Source of the DNA: Thermoplasmata archaeon
Lineage (GTDB): Archaea; Thermoplasmatota; E2; JACPAO01; JAHFTW01
DNA length: 64,000 bases
Reading direction: 5' to 3'
Assembly: GCA_023269235.1 (NCBI GenBank)
Contig: JAHFTW010000002.1
Location: 6,067-70,066, forward strand
The position numbers and the translations under genes are program-made. The notes under the pieces are model-generated. The model was not told where the DNA came from. It was given only the letters and a program-made list of their open reading frames with translations, and searched no databases. Shown here piece after piece: positions 20,231-30,374 of this stretch (within the stretch, counting starts at the first letter, position 1; each line of letters starts with the position of its first letter).

Positions 20231-20961
20231 GCGAACACCTCGGGGAAGGCGGCGTAGACGGCTTCGACGAAGCCCTTGGCGCACTCGCCCCGCGTGGTCC
20301 ACTCGGCCACGTCCCGCAACTGCGGAACCGCGTTGCCGACGGCGATGCGAACATCGGCTCTGAGGAGGAGCGGGACGTCGTTCTCGCCATCGCCGACGGC
20401 GACAATGCGCCGCGGCGAGATCCCGGCGTAGTCCAGCCAAGCGGAAACCCCGGTGCCCTTGTCAATGCCGAGCGGGAGGACGTCAATGGAGTCCCGGTTG
20501 GGCTGCACGGAGCAGGACCCCATGTCGCGCAGGGTCTTCTCCCAGTGGCGATCCACGGAGAAGGAGGCCGTCCGACGTCGCACTTGAGCCCCCGCGGCTT
20601 CCAAGACCGAGGCGGCGTCCATCACGTGCGGGGCGCCTGCCGCGCAGGCCAAATCGTCGTGGGCGCCCCAGCGGGCCCCTCCTTCCAACACGAAGCCATC
20701 GAAGAGGTTCGTCAACGGGTCAATGGGGAGCTCCGGAAGCCAACGCCCGGTGGCGAGGACGCAGACGATCCCCTCCTCTCGCAGCAAGGCGACCGTCGCC
20801 AGCGCGTGCGCGTTCAGGGACAAGTCGGGGTTGCTGAACGTGCGGTCCAGGTCGGTGACCAGGACGTCTCTTCGGGAATCAGTCGCCGCGGAATCAGCAG
20901 AAAAACGGGACGTAGGCGGGCTTGGACGTGGCGCAACGGCGCCGATCACGGTGGAGGTCAT
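20227..20961 (-). CDS. HAD-IIB (Cof/sugar-phosphate phosphatase-like) hydrolase
   Basis: DLDRT, LATGR, DKG and GDGEND motifs. Confidence 0.85.
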   Translation of the reverse strand: MTSTVIGAVAPRPSPPTSRFSADSAATDSRRDVLVTDLDRTFSNPDLSLNAHALATVALLREEGIVCVLATGRWLPELPIDPLTNLFDGFVLEGGARWGAHDDLACAAGAPHVMDAASVLEAAGAQVRRRTASFSVDRHWEKTLRDMGSCSVQPNRDSIDVLPLGIDKGTGVSAWLDYAGISPRRIVAVGDGENDVPLLLRADVRIAVGNAVPQLRDVAEWTTRGECAKGFVEAVYAAFPEVFA

Positions 20962-21063
20962 TCGGCAACACGGAGGGTCAGTACGAGGGCCAACGCCTCA
21001 CGCGATAACAAGGTTGCGGAGAGCCGGGGCGGACCCTGTGCGATCGTTCGCGCGCCTCGGACC

Positions 21064-21882
21064 TTAGAACGCCGCCGACAATGGTGCGGGCCCTGCCCGT
21101 TTCGGGCGTGCCGCCGAAGGCCTCGAGTTTGGGCAGAGGATGCCGAGCTTGCGCAGGTCGCGCAGGCTCGCGCGCACCGCCTTGGCCGTGAACTTGGAGG
21201 CGAGCTTCGCCACGACGGCGTCGTCGCCGAGGCGCCCTGTCGCGGCCTTGAACAGCGCGATGGCGACGGGCTCGAGCTTGTAGACCTCGATGTCGTCCTC
21301 TTCGCGGGCGAGGACGGTCGGGAAATTGCCCCTGGGCGCCGCGAGCGTGTCGCCATGCAGCAGCTCCTCCGGGTCGTGGCGGAGCGCGAGGAGAGCCATG
21401 CCGGACGCGCGTTTCACGGTCTTGGACTTCGCCGGCTTCGCGTACGCCTTGTCCATGAGGAGCATGCCGCCGGCCTCGATGGCGACGAGGTCGGCGACCG
21501 GTGCTGGAAGGGTGCCCTTCTTCGCGGCCGCGAGGGCCCAGGCGCGGAACTGACGCACTTCGTCGCGCGGGTCCTCGAACGCGTACGGCTTGTCCGCGAA
21601 GTAGGTGGCCGCGAGCCCGACGGCGTGGTCCACGGCGGCGACGGAGCGCGGCAGGTCGCCGCTCAGGTAGCTGAAGCGGTCGATGACGCGGCGGCTCGCG
21701 AAGTAGGCGGCCCCTTCTGGCGGGAGGCCGGCGAGTAGGGCCGCGGTGTCGCCCGTGAGGCCAAAACGGCGCGCGTACGCCTTCGGGTCGTTCTGGAACG
21801 CCTCCAGGCGGCCGGGCTCCATCAGGAGGGCCGCGAGCGCGGACTGAAGTTTCGCGAGCTGGCTGGAACCGGCAGCAACCAT
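21064..21882 (-). CDS. MNIO partner protein (DUF2063/HvfC/BufC-like)
   Basis: Directly downstream of DUF692; N-terminal LAKLQSALAALL, central E..QF..W and DLVAIE patterns, C-terminal winged-helix-like L.DL..LGIL. Confidence 0.65.
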   Translation of the reverse strand: MVAAGSSQLAKLQSALAALLMEPGRLEAFQNDPKAYARRFGLTGDTAALLAGLPPEGAAYFASRRVIDRFSYLSGDLPRSVAAVDHAVGLAATYFADKPYAFEDPRDEVRQFRAWALAAAKKGTLPAPVADLVAIEAGGMLLMDKAYAKPAKSKTVKRASGMALLALRHDPEELLHGDTLAAPRGNFPTVLAREEDDIEVYKLEPVAIALFKAATGRLGDDAVVAKLASKFTAKAVRASLRDLRKLGILCPNSRPSAARPKRAGPAPLSAAF

Positions 21883-21883
21883 C

Positions 21884-22723
21884 TTAGGCCCCTGCCGCGC
21901 CCTGCATTAGCCTGTCGGCTTTGCGCACTTCGGCCTCGAGGCGCTTGAGGCTGCCGAACGTCTGGTCGCGCTCGATGAGAAGAGCGCGCACATGGCTCGC
22001 GTCAATGACCTGCTTGGTGAGCTTCCAGACGTCGGGGTGGACGGCGGCGCCGTGGGTGTCGAGCAGCTTGCCCGCGACCCACTCGGAGCCCGCGAGGTGG
22101 AACTGGACCAACCGATTCAGGGGGAACTCGGCGAGGTAGCGCTGCGGGTCCCAGCCCAGGTTGGCCGCGTTGTTGCGGAGGTTCGTGACGTCGAGGAGCA
22201 CACCGCAGCCGGTCTTGGCGGCGACCTCGGCCATGAAGGCGGGCTCGCTCAGGGTGTTGCCGGGGAACTGGAAGTACTGGCTGATGTTCTCGATGAGGAA
22301 CGGGACGCCGACGGCCTTCTGCACGATCTTGACGTTCGCGACGACGGCGGCGAGCGAGGCGTCCGTGTATGGGATGGGTGTGAGCTGGCCGATGCGCTGG
22401 CCGCCGATCTTGGTGAAGCAGAGGTGGTCGCTGCACCACGGCACTTTGTAGCGGCGGTTGACGCGCGCCATCTTGGGGAGGAAGCGACCGTCGGGGCCGG
22501 TGGCGGTGCCGATGCTCAGGCTGATGCTGTGCGTCACGACGGGGCGGTTCGCAGTGTCCTCGGCCAGTTCGGCTTGGGACTGCGCGCTGGCGTCGAAGAT
22601 GTGCTCCGGCATCAGCTCCAGGAAGCCGAGCGGGAGCCCCGGCTGGTCGTAGAAGGAGCGGATGGCGCGGCGGTAGCCGAGGCCGGCTCCAAGAAAGGGA
22701 AGGGAAGAGGGAGAGAGGGGCAT
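21884..22723 (-). CDS. DUF692 family multinuclear non-heme iron oxidative enzyme (MNIO)
   Basis: GLGYR, ELMPEH, HSISLSIG, SDHLCF, ENI, LLDVTN, HLAG, DTHG and IERD motifs; AGGAG SD upstream. Confidence 0.92.
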   Translation of the reverse strand: MPLSPSSLPFLGAGLGYRRAIRSFYDQPGLPLGFLELMPEHIFDASAQSQAELAEDTANRPVVTHSISLSIGTATGPDGRFLPKMARVNRRYKVPWCSDHLCFTKIGGQRIGQLTPIPYTDASLAAVVANVKIVQKAVGVPFLIENISQYFQFPGNTLSEPAFMAEVAAKTGCGVLLDVTNLRNNAANLGWDPQRYLAEFPLNRLVQFHLAGSEWVAGKLLDTHGAAVHPDVWKLTKQVIDASHVRALLIERDQTFGSLKRLEAEVRKADRLMQGAAGA

Positions 22724-22745
22724 TGTTCTCCTGAAGGAGAGGGCC

Positions 22746-22964
22746 TTACTTGGCCTTCTTGGCGGGGGGCGCCGGGGCCGCGGGGGCCTTGGCGCTGCCA
22801 CAGCTCTTCGCGGAGCCGCAGGACTTGTCGCCACCCTTCATGCTGCCGCAGGACTTCGCCGAGCCGCAGCTCTTGGCGTCGCCCTTGGCCGAACCGCAGC
22901 TCTTCTCGGAGCCGCAGGACTTGTCGTCTGCCTTCTTCTTTTTGCCGATACCAAAGAGTCCCAT
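22746..22964 (-). CDS. Cys-repeat RiPP precursor peptide (72 aa, six KSCGS motifs)
   Basis: MGLFGIGKKKKA followed by DDKSCGSEKSCGSAKG, DAKSCGSAKSCGSMKG, GDKSCGSAKSCGSAKA and PAAPAPPAKKAK; ends 22 nt before the DUF692 gene. Confidence 0.85.
   Translation of the reverse strand: MGLFGIGKKKKADDKSCGSEKSCGSAKGDAKSCGSAKSCGSMKGGDKSCGSAKSCGSAKAPAAPAPPAKKAK
22785..22928 (-). repeat. three imperfect 48-bp tandem repeats in the precursor gene
   Basis: Recurring GCCGCAG(C/G) units encoding three 16-aa repeats. Confidence 0.8.
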
Positions 22965-23236
22965 TGTGGTCACATCCGTGTAGTCGGCCCGTTTCCGAGG
23001 AAGCAGGCCGGCAGAACGTTCGTCTGCAATGAAACGAAGTCGGGGGGGTATGAAAGGCTTGAGGCGTGGGAGCGGATTCCGTAGGCTATTTTCTCCTGTC
23101 GAATGGCCAGAAAGGCACAAGTTGCGGCGAATTTCGTGCCGTGCCGGCCAGTCCATTGGGCTTTACCATGCAATCGGCGGCCGAGGGGCGACGGGCGTCC
23201 CCAAACCCTTCATGGAACCCCCCCTTCGGCGACGCG

Positions 23237-24409
23237 ATGACCTGGGGCACCCCCCTCACGGCGACGGCGAAGAAGCTCCTGCTCCTGGGCTCCGGCGAGC
23301 TCGGCAAGGAGGTCGTCATCGAGGCGCAGCGGCTGGGCATCGAGACCATCGCGTGCGACCGCTACGCCAACGCCCCCGCCATGCAGGTCGCTCACCGCAG
23401 CCACGTCCTCGACATGACGGACCCCGCCGCCCTGCGCCGCGTCATTGAGGCCGAGGACCCCGACTGGGTGGTCCCGGAAATCGAAGCCATCGCCACCGCG
23501 GAATTGGAGCGGCTGGAGGGCGAAGGGTTCACTGTCATCCCCACCGCGAAGGCCGCTCGCCTGACGATGGACCGCGAAGGCATCCGCCGCCTCGCCGCCG
23601 AGACGCTCAAGCTGCCGACGAGCCACTACCGTTTCGCCTCGACGCTGGAGGAGTTCAAGGCCGCCGTCGCCGTCATCGGGATGCCCTGCGTCGTGAAGCC
23701 CACCATGTCGAGCAGCGGCAAGGGCCAGAGCGTCGTGCGCACCGAGGCCGACGTCGTGACGGCTTGGGAGCACGCCATGAAGGGCCGCGTCAAGACCGGG
23801 CGCGTCATCGTGGAGTCCTTCATCCGCTTCGACTACGAGATCACGCTTCTGACCGTGCGCCACGCCGGCGGCACGCTGTTCTGCCCGCCCATTGGCCACG
23901 TCCAGATTGACGGCGACTACCGCGAGTCGTGGCAGCCCATGGCGATGAGCCCCCAGGCCCTGGCCCGTTCGCAGGAAATCGCCAAGAGTGTCACCGACGC
24001 GCTGGGCGGCCGCGGCCTGTTCGGCGTCGAGCTCTTCATCGCGGGCGACGAGGTGTGGTTCAGCGAAGTGTCGCCGCGCCCGCACGACACCGGCCTCGTC
24101 ACGCTGGGCTCCCAGGAGCTCTCCGAGTTCGCCCTCCACGTCCGCGCCATCACGGGCCTCCCCATCCCCGACGTCGGCGCGAAGGGGCCGTGGGCCTCCG
24201 CGGTCATCCTCGCCCAGGGCGAATCCGGGACACCGCGCTTCGAAGGTGTCGAGGCCGCCCTCGCGGAGCCGGGAACGCTCCTTCGCCTCTTTGGAAAACC
24301 GGCGGCGCACAAGAACCGCCGCATGGGCGTCGTCGTCGCCTCCGGCAAGACGACCGCCGAAGCCCGCGAGCGCGCCAAACGGGCCGCCGCCAAGGTTCGT
24401 GTCCTCTGA
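23237..24409 (+). CDS. purT: formate-dependent phosphoribosylglycinamide formyltransferase
   Basis: [46 protein letters not shown]. Confidence 0.95.
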   Translation: MTWGTPLTATAKKLLLLGSGELGKEVVIEAQRLGIETIACDRYANAPAMQVAHRSHVLDMTDPAALRRVIEAEDPDWVVPEIEAIATAELERLEGEGFTVIPTAKAARLTMDREGIRRLAAETLKLPTSHYRFASTLEEFKAAVAVIGMPCVVKPTMSSSGKGQSVVRTEADVVTAWEHAMKGRVKTGRVIVESFIRFDYEITLLTVRHAGGTLFCPPIGHVQIDGDYRESWQPMAMSPQALARSQEIAKSVTDALGGRGLFGVELFIAGDEVWFSEVSPRPHDTGLVTLGSQELSEFALHVRAITGLPIPDVGAKGPWASAVILAQGESGTPRFEGVEAALAEPGTLLRLFGKPAAHKNRRMGVVVASGKTTAEARERAKRAAAKVRVL

Positions 24410-24453
24410 GCGACCGGCGGCAGGCCTATGAGCCACCGCCATGCTGGCTAGGC

Positions 24454-25236
24454 ATGGTTTCCGAGAGGCACGACCCGGAGTGGCCGGACAAAGCGATGTT
24501 CGCGGCGCTGCTGCTCATCGTCGGGGGCGCTCTCGGCATCCTCGTGGAAGGGCTGCGGCAGATCGCTACGGTGAAGAGTGGCCTGCCTGCCGGCATCCTC
24601 GACCAGTATCCGTCCTGGCTCTCGCTCCTCATGTCGGCCGCGACCCTGGTCTTCGGCATCCTATCGTTGCGCGCCCAGGCGGCGTTGTGGGGTTATCTCG
24701 GAGCCCTCACTGGCCTCTTCTCCCTCGCCTACGCCGGCCTGGTGCCTGGATTGTCCCTGCTTGCTATCTCCATGCTTATCAAGAGCCGCATGGAGGGTGA
24801 GGAGACGCGCGACGACGGCGTGACCCTGCACCCGTCCATGTGGCCGGACAAGGCCATGGCCGCGAGCCTCTTCCTCTCTGTCGGCGCCGGAGTCATCCTG
24901 GTGCAGGGCGTCTCCATTGCACTCAACTCGTTCCAGCCCATCCTCCTGCCCGACAGCCTCTCTTGGCTGGCGGCGAGTTTGGACATCGTCGCCGCCATCG
25001 CCATGCTGGTGTTCGCGCGCGAGATCTATCTCATCCGCCGCCCTGTCCTGGGCACCGTGGGGGCCGTGCTGGGCATCGTGACGCTCGGCCTCTACGCCCT
25101 TGGCCCTGTGCTGGCGCTCATCGCGCTCTTCCTTCTGCGCCTGGCGCACAAGGAGAACGAGTTTGTCAAGCACGCCGCTGACGTTCCAATCCCCACGTCG
25201 GCCCCGCGGGCCCGTCGCGAGCGGTCGAAGGCCTAG
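24454..25236 (+). CDS. membrane protein with an internal duplication
   Basis: Two halves each starting H..xWPDKAM, followed by 3-4 TM helices. Confidence 0.7.
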   Translation: MVSERHDPEWPDKAMFAALLLIVGGALGILVEGLRQIATVKSGLPAGILDQYPSWLSLLMSAATLVFGILSLRAQAALWGYLGALTGLFSLAYAGLVPGLSLLAISMLIKSRMEGEETRDDGVTLHPSMWPDKAMAASLFLSVGAGVILVQGVSIALNSFQPILLPDSLSWLAASLDIVAAIAMLVFAREIYLIRRPVLGTVGAVLGIVTLGLYALGPVLALIALFLLRLAHKENEFVKHAADVPIPTSAPRARRERSKA

Positions 25237-25550
25237 GTCCGCTTTTTCTGGCGTTCCTGGCCAGTTTTCCGGCGCCGGCTGAACTCCCACCACGGCTGCT
25301 CCTCGCCGGTGCGGAGATTATGGATGGCAGCGGTGTAGGTGTCGAGCACGCACGGGTCGTGGGCCACTCCATCGAGGTGCCCGATCCGGTCGTACAGGGT
25401 CTGCGCGTCGGAGCCCTCCAAGTCCTCGAGCGTACGCAGTCCGAGCCGGATGAAATCGTGCGCCATCGCAGGGCCGATGTTGGGGAGTTCCTGGAAGGCG
25501 AGCCATGCCGTGCGGGCGGCGGGGTCGGCGGGAGGCTTTGGACGGGTCAT
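25233..25550 (-). CDS. helix-hairpin-helix protein (Cdd1/mitomycin-resistance-like family)
   Basis: LPNIGPAMA, HDPCVLD and PWWEFS motifs. Confidence 0.8.
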   Translation of the reverse strand: MTRPKPPADPAARTAWLAFQELPNIGPAMAHDFIRLGLRTLEDLEGSDAQTLYDRIGHLDGVAHDPCVLDTYTAAIHNLRTGEEQPWWEFSRRRKTGQERQKKRT

Positions 25551-25572
25551 GCGAGACGACCTCCCGCAGGGC

Positions 25573-25977
25573 TCATGACCGATTCGCGGGGGTCGGTGAA
25601 GGTCGGTCCTGCCCGAGGGCGCCCGGGCGACTATCCTCGAAGAGGGCCAGTTCGTTGCCGCTCGGGTCCTTGAACATCCGGCACGGCCCGTTGGGGATGC
25701 CGAAGGGCGGTCCTTCTGGTTCCCAGCCCGCGTCGATGAGCGCCGGGACCGTAGGCTTGAGTTCCGCCACCTCGTAGACGGGCATCATCGTCCCCGCCTC
25801 GCGATGGTCGGCAAGGAGAAGGAGCGGGCCAGGGCCGACGTCGAGGGCGGCGACCTCGGCGCCGAACTCCTTGTAGTGCCAAAGGAGCTTGGCGCCGCCT
25901 TGGACATACCACGCCGCGTCACGCTTCGTGTCCTTCGTGCCGACGTAGAGGAAGCGCAGCGTCCAGCCGGCCGTCAT
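25573..25977 (-). CDS. VOC/glyoxalase family protein
   Basis: IPNGPC..FKDPSGNELAL C-terminal motif. Confidence 0.75.
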   Translation of the reverse strand: MTAGWTLRFLYVGTKDTKRDAAWYVQGGAKLLWHYKEFGAEVAALDVGPGPLLLLADHREAGTMMPVYEVAELKPTVPALIDAGWEPEGPPFGIPNGPCRMFKDPSGNELALFEDSRPGALGQDRPSPTPANRS

Positions 25978-27074
25978 CCCGCCGTGGCCTCGCGGACCTC
26001 GAGCTCGATGCGGCCCGCTTCCTCCAGGCTCAGTCCCAGCCGCTCCCGCAGGTTGCGCAGGATGGCGCGCTCCTTCGGGCCGACGGTGCCATCCTGCCAC
26101 GCGAGGGCGACCTGCTCGCGGTAGAAGTCCGTGCGGTGGCCTGCCGGCTGCTCCGCCGTGGGCCTCGCTCCGGGCACGAGACGGTTGGCGACCCGGTTCG
26201 TCAACTTCTGCATCGGATCGCGCAGGAACACCAGCACCCCGGCCATCACGACGCCGACGACCCAGCCGAACTCCGCGTTCAGCCAGTGCTGCGCGACCTG
26301 CGTGGCGACGACGAAGATGGCGACGACGAGGGCAGTCATCGTGCCTTGCGACACGGTGGCGCGGACCTTGAGGTCGAAATCGAGGATCTGGCCACGCAGA
26401 AGACCCACCGCCAGGGCGCCGAGGAAGAGGAAGAAGTAGGCGGCCCACGCGAACAGGACCAAGTCGCGCATCCCATCATAGGCCGGCCCTTCAAGGCGGT
26501 CGTAGGCGTAGAGGAGCATGACGTTGGTGAAAATCATGCCCAGGTCGCGCGCGGCGAAGGCGACGAGGTAGTTGCCCAGGCGCTTCTTCTCCAGCGTCCC
26601 CGGCGTGGCGGCGCGGTAGGCGAAGAACGTGAGGAGGAGGCTCCCGGCCGAGACGACGACCATGACCCACGAGGCGTCGTCGATCCAGGCGTCATAGTGG
26701 ACCTCCTTCGTCGCAAGGTACCCCGCCCATGCCAGGACAGTGAGAAGCACCGCAGCCCAGCCCACACGTTTCCGGCGCATCGCGCGCGTCCAGCGAGTGT
26801 CCACGGCCCACAACGTGAAGAGCAGGGACAGGGCGGGGATGGCGAGGGTCGAGAGGGCGAACAGGTCGGTCAGAGGCTGGAGCCACGGCCCGTCCCCGAT
26901 GGGCGTCAGCAGGCCCGAGGCGATGCCGCCCCACCCGAGGCCCTCGACGAGCAGGAGCGCGCCGAGCCACCCGTTGACGGGGCGCCGGCCCCCCACGGCG
27001 AGGACGGCGATGCCCAGCGCGATGGCAAGGACCCCATAGAGCACCTCGAGCATCCAGGCCCAGTGCAGGTCCAT
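25974..27074 (-). CDS. polytopic membrane protein (7TM sensor-like) with a C-terminal TerB-like helical module
   Basis: About 9 hydrophobic segments; C-terminal Y...AWQDG.V...ER..L..LRERLGLS. Confidence 0.6.
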   Translation of the reverse strand: MDLHWAWMLEVLYGVLAIALGIAVLAVGGRRPVNGWLGALLLVEGLGWGGIASGLLTPIGDGPWLQPLTDLFALSTLAIPALSLLFTLWAVDTRWTRAMRRKRVGWAAVLLTVLAWAGYLATKEVHYDAWIDDASWVMVVVSAGSLLLTFFAYRAATPGTLEKKRLGNYLVAFAARDLGMIFTNVMLLYAYDRLEGPAYDGMRDLVLFAWAAYFFLFLGALAVGLLRGQILDFDLKVRATVSQGTMTALVVAIFVVATQVAQHWLNAEFGWVVGVVMAGVLVFLRDPMQKLTNRVANRLVPGARPTAEQPAGHRTDFYREQVALAWQDGTVGPKERAILRNLRERLGLSLEEAGRIELEVREATAG

Positions 27075-27165
27075 TCGACCCTTGACCAGGTGACTTGGAT
27101 TTGGACCTTGTCAGCCGGGCTCACGCTGGGCGGTGAGGCTTTTGCCGGACGAGGGCGGTCCTGGC

Positions 27166-28608
27166 CTAGTGGGCCTTGACCGGGGTTCCAGCCTTCTTGT
27201 ACTTGGGGTGGAATTGTTCAATGGTCTTCTTGTCGATGCGGGTGAGCAGCTTCTCGTCCACGGTGGCAAGGAGTTCCCAGCCCAAATCGAGGGTGTCCTC
27301 GATGCTGCGGTCCTCGTCGCGGCCCTGGCGGACGTAGCGGTTCTCGAACAGCTCGGCGAAGTCCAGGACCTGCAGGTCGCGGCTCGACAAGGCGTCCTTG
27401 CCGACGATGGCGACGAGGCCACGCAGGTCGCGGCCCTCGGCGTAGAAGGCGTAGCACTGGTCGCTGACCTTCTTGTGGTCGTCGCGGGTCTTGTGGCCGC
27501 CGATGCCGGCGTTCATCAAGCGCGACAACGAGGGGAGCACGTTGATGGGCGGGTAGACGCCCTTGCGGTGCAGCTCACGGCTGATGACAATCTGGCCCTC
27601 CGTGATGTAGCCCGACAGGTCGGGGATGGGGTGGGTGATGTCGTCGCCGGGCATCGTCAGGATGGGGAACTGCGTGACCGAGCCCTTCTTGCCCTTGATG
27701 TTCCCGGCGCGCTCGTAGAGCGAGGCCAGGTCGGTGTACATGTAGCCGGGGTAGCCACGGCGGCCAGGGACTTCCTCACGGGCGGCGCCGATCTGGCGCA
27801 GCGCCTCGCAGTAGTTCGTGACGTCCGTGAAGATGACCAGCACGTGCATGCCGAGGTCGAAGGCGAGGTACTCCGCGGCCGTGAGGGCCAGGCGGGGCGT
27901 CAGCAGGCGCTCGACGGCGGGGTCGTCGGCCAGGTTCTGGAAGATGACCGCGCGCTTCAGGGCACCCGTGCGCTCGAACTCGCCCATGAACTTCTTGGCT
28001 TCCTCGTTCGTGATGCCCATCGCGGCGAACACGACGGCGAAGGCCTCGTCCGTGCCACGCACTTTGGCTTGGCGGGCGATCTGGAGAGCGATGTCGTTGT
28101 GGGGGAGACCGGAGCCCGAGAAGATGGGGAGCTTCTGGCCGCGCACCAGCGAGTTGTTGCCGTCGATGGTCGAGATGCCGGTCTGGATGAAGTCGTGCGG
28201 CGACGCGCGGCTGTACGGGTTGATGGCGGCACCGATGATGTCGCGGTAGTCGTCCGGGATGATCTCCGGCCCGCCGTCGATGGGGGCGCCGGCGCCCGAG
28301 AAGACGCGGCCCAGGATGTTCTTGGAGACGCCGAACTTGATGGTCTCGCCGAGGAACTTCACGGTCGTCTTGTCGTTGTCGATACCGGTGGTGCCCTCGA
28401 AGACCTGCACGACGACGTGCTTGCCGGAGGTGTCGAGGACCTGGCCGCGGCGGGTTTGGCCGTTGGGCAGGCGCAGCTGGACCAGCTCGCCGTAGCCGAC
28501 CGCGTGCGTCTTCTGGACGAAAACGAGGGGGCCCTTGACGTTGGAGATGGTGCGGTACTCTTTCTGCGTCGTCTGCGCCGCGGGGGCGGCGGGGGTCTTG
28601 GCGGCCAT
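27166..28608 (-). CDS. atpB: A/V-type ATP synthase subunit B
   Basis: [42 protein letters not shown]. Confidence 0.97.
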   Translation of the reverse strand: MAAKTPAAPAAQTTQKEYRTISNVKGPLVFVQKTHAVGYGELVQLRLPNGQTRRGQVLDTSGKHVVVQVFEGTTGIDNDKTTVKFLGETIKFGVSKNILGRVFSGAGAPIDGGPEIIPDDYRDIIGAAINPYSRASPHDFIQTGISTIDGNNSLVRGQKLPIFSGSGLPHNDIALQIARQAKVRGTDEAFAVVFAAMGITNEEAKKFMGEFERTGALKRAVIFQNLADDPAVERLLTPRLALTAAEYLAFDLGMHVLVIFTDVTNYCEALRQIGAAREEVPGRRGYPGYMYTDLASLYERAGNIKGKKGSVTQFPILTMPGDDITHPIPDLSGYITEGQIVISRELHRKGVYPPINVLPSLSRLMNAGIGGHKTRDDHKKVSDQCYAFYAEGRDLRGLVAIVGKDALSSRDLQVLDFAELFENRYVRQGRDEDRSIEDTLDLGWELLATVDEKLLTRIDKKTIEQFHPKYKKAGTPVKAH

Positions 28609-30374
28609 TAGGCAAGCACCTCGTGCTTCTTGGCCTTCGCGGCCATCTCGGTGAACGCATTCTCCAGGCCCTTCATGGCGGCGGCGTAGGCCTCCTCGAA
28701 CTTGGCCTCGAAGCGGGCGCGGGCGAGGTCGGTGACCGCGGCCAGGCCCGTGAGCTCCTTCGTGGTGGCGCCCATCTTGAGGGCGGCGCCGGAGAGGGTC
28801 TGGTAGCGCAGGATGGCCTTCCAGAGCTTGTAGTCCTTCTGCAGGCTGGAGTAGGCGTCGACCTTGTCGTACGCGTTCTGCTGGAGGTAGATCTCACGGA
28901 TGAGGCGGGCCGTCTCGAGGGTGACCTGCTGCTCGGGCGGCAGGGCGTCGGAGCCGACGAGCTGGACGATCTCCTGCAACTCGGCCTCCTTCTGAAGGAT
29001 CTCCATGATCTGGGCCTTCGTCTCGTTCCAGTCGGGGGCCGCGTGCTCCGCGTAGTGGCTGGCGAGGTATTCGGGGTAGAGCGAGTAGGACTGCAGCCAG
29101 TTGATGGCGGGGAAGTGGCGGCGCTGGGCCAGCTTGGCGTCGAGGGCCCAGAAGACCTTCACGATGCGCAGCGTGGCCTGCGTGACGGGCTCGGAGAAGT
29201 CGCCGCCGGCGGGGGAGACTGCACCGATGACGGAGATGGAGCCTTCGCCGCCGTTGAGGACGGTGCAGCGGCCGGCGCGCTCGTAGAACTCGCTCAGGCG
29301 GGCCGAGAGGTAGGCAGGGTAGCCCTCCTCGCCGGGCATCTCCTCGAGGCGGGAGCCGATCTCACGCATGGCTTCCGCCCAGCGCGAGGTCGAGTCGGCC
29401 ATGAGGGCGACGTCGTAGCCCATGTCGCGGTAGTACTCCGCGATGGTGATGCCGGTGTAGCAGGACGCCTCACGGGCGGCCACGGGCATGTTGGAGGTGT
29501 TGGCGATGAGGCAGGTGCGCGCCATCAACGGGTTGCCGGTCTGCGGGTCCTCGAGGACGGGGAACTCGGTCAGAACTTCCGTCATCTCGTTGCCGCGCTC
29601 GCCGCATCCGATGTAGACGACGACCTGGGCGTTCGAGTACTTGGCGAGCGACTGCTGGGTGACGGTCTTGCCGGAGCCGAAGGGGCCCGGGATGGCCGCG
29701 GTGCCGCCCTTGGCGATGGGGAACAGCCCATCGAGGATGCGCATGCCGGTGATGAGGGGGATGGTGGGCAGCTGCTTCTCGGCGAAGGGGCGCGGCTTGC
29801 GCACGGGCCACTTGTGCATCATGGCGACCTTGGCGCCGTTGTCGAGCGTGAGGATGGTCTCCTCGATGGTGAAGGAGCCGGCCTTGACGTCCGTGACCTT
29901 GCCGCCCTCGACGTTCGGGGGCAGCATGATCTTGTGCAGGATGGAGGTGGATTCCTGGACCGTGCCGATGACTTGGCCGGGCTTGATGGCGTCGCCCTTC
30001 TTGACGAGGGGCTTGAACTCCCACTTCTTGCTGTGGTCGAGGCCGGGGACGTCGACGCCGCGCAGGATGAAGTGGCCCATCTTGTCCTGGAGGACCTCGA
30101 GGGGGCGCTGGATGCCATCGTAGATGGACGTCAGGAGGCCGGGGCCGAGCTCGACGACGAGCGGGAGGCCGGTGTTCTCGACGGGCTCGCCGGGCTTGAC
30201 GCCGGACGTGTCCTCGTAGACCTGGATGATGGAGTACTCTCCCTCGATCTGGATGACCTCGCCCATCAGGCGCTCATCGCCCACACGCACGATGTCGTAC
30301 ATGGCGGGCTTGATGCCGGTGGCGGTCACGACGGGTCCGGAGACGCGGTACACAGTTCCCTTGAGGTTTACCAT
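28608..30374 (-). CDS. atpA: A/V-type ATP synthase subunit A (no intein)
   Basis: [34 protein letters not shown]. Confidence 0.97.
   Translation of the reverse strand: MVNLKGTVYRVSGPVVTATGIKPAMYDIVRVGDERLMGEVIQIEGEYSIIQVYEDTSGVKPGEPVENTGLPLVVELGPGLLTSIYDGIQRPLEVLQDKMGHFILRGVDVPGLDHSKKWEFKPLVKKGDAIKPGQVIGTVQESTSILHKIMLPPNVEGGKVTDVKAGSFTIEETILTLDNGAKVAMMHKWPVRKPRPFAEKQLPTIPLITGMRILDGLFPIAKGGTAAIPGPFGSGKTVTQQSLAKYSNAQVVVYIGCGERGNEMTEVLTEFPVLEDPQTGNPLMARTCLIANTSNMPVAAREASCYTGITIAEYYRDMGYDVALMADSTSRWAEAMREIGSRLEEMPGEEGYPAYLSARLSEFYERAGRCTVLNGGEGSISVIGAVSPAGGDFSEPVTQATLRIVKVFWALDAKLAQRRHFPAINWLQSYSLYPEYLASHYAEHAAPDWNETKAQIMEILQKEAELQEIVQLVGSDALPPEQQVTLETARLIREIYLQQNAYDKVDAYSSLQKDYKLWKAILRYQTLSGAALKMGATTKELTGLAAVTDLARARFEAKFEEAYAAAMKGLENAFTEMAAKAKKHEVLA

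Noticed and set aside
22785-22928. Short tandem repeats considered as a CRISPR array
   Set aside because: They are in-frame coding repeats without unique spacers, and no cas genes are present. No CRISPR array was seen in the window.
28608-30374. Possible intein in AtpA
   Set aside because: Length (588 aa) and the continuous GSGKTV motif show no insertion.
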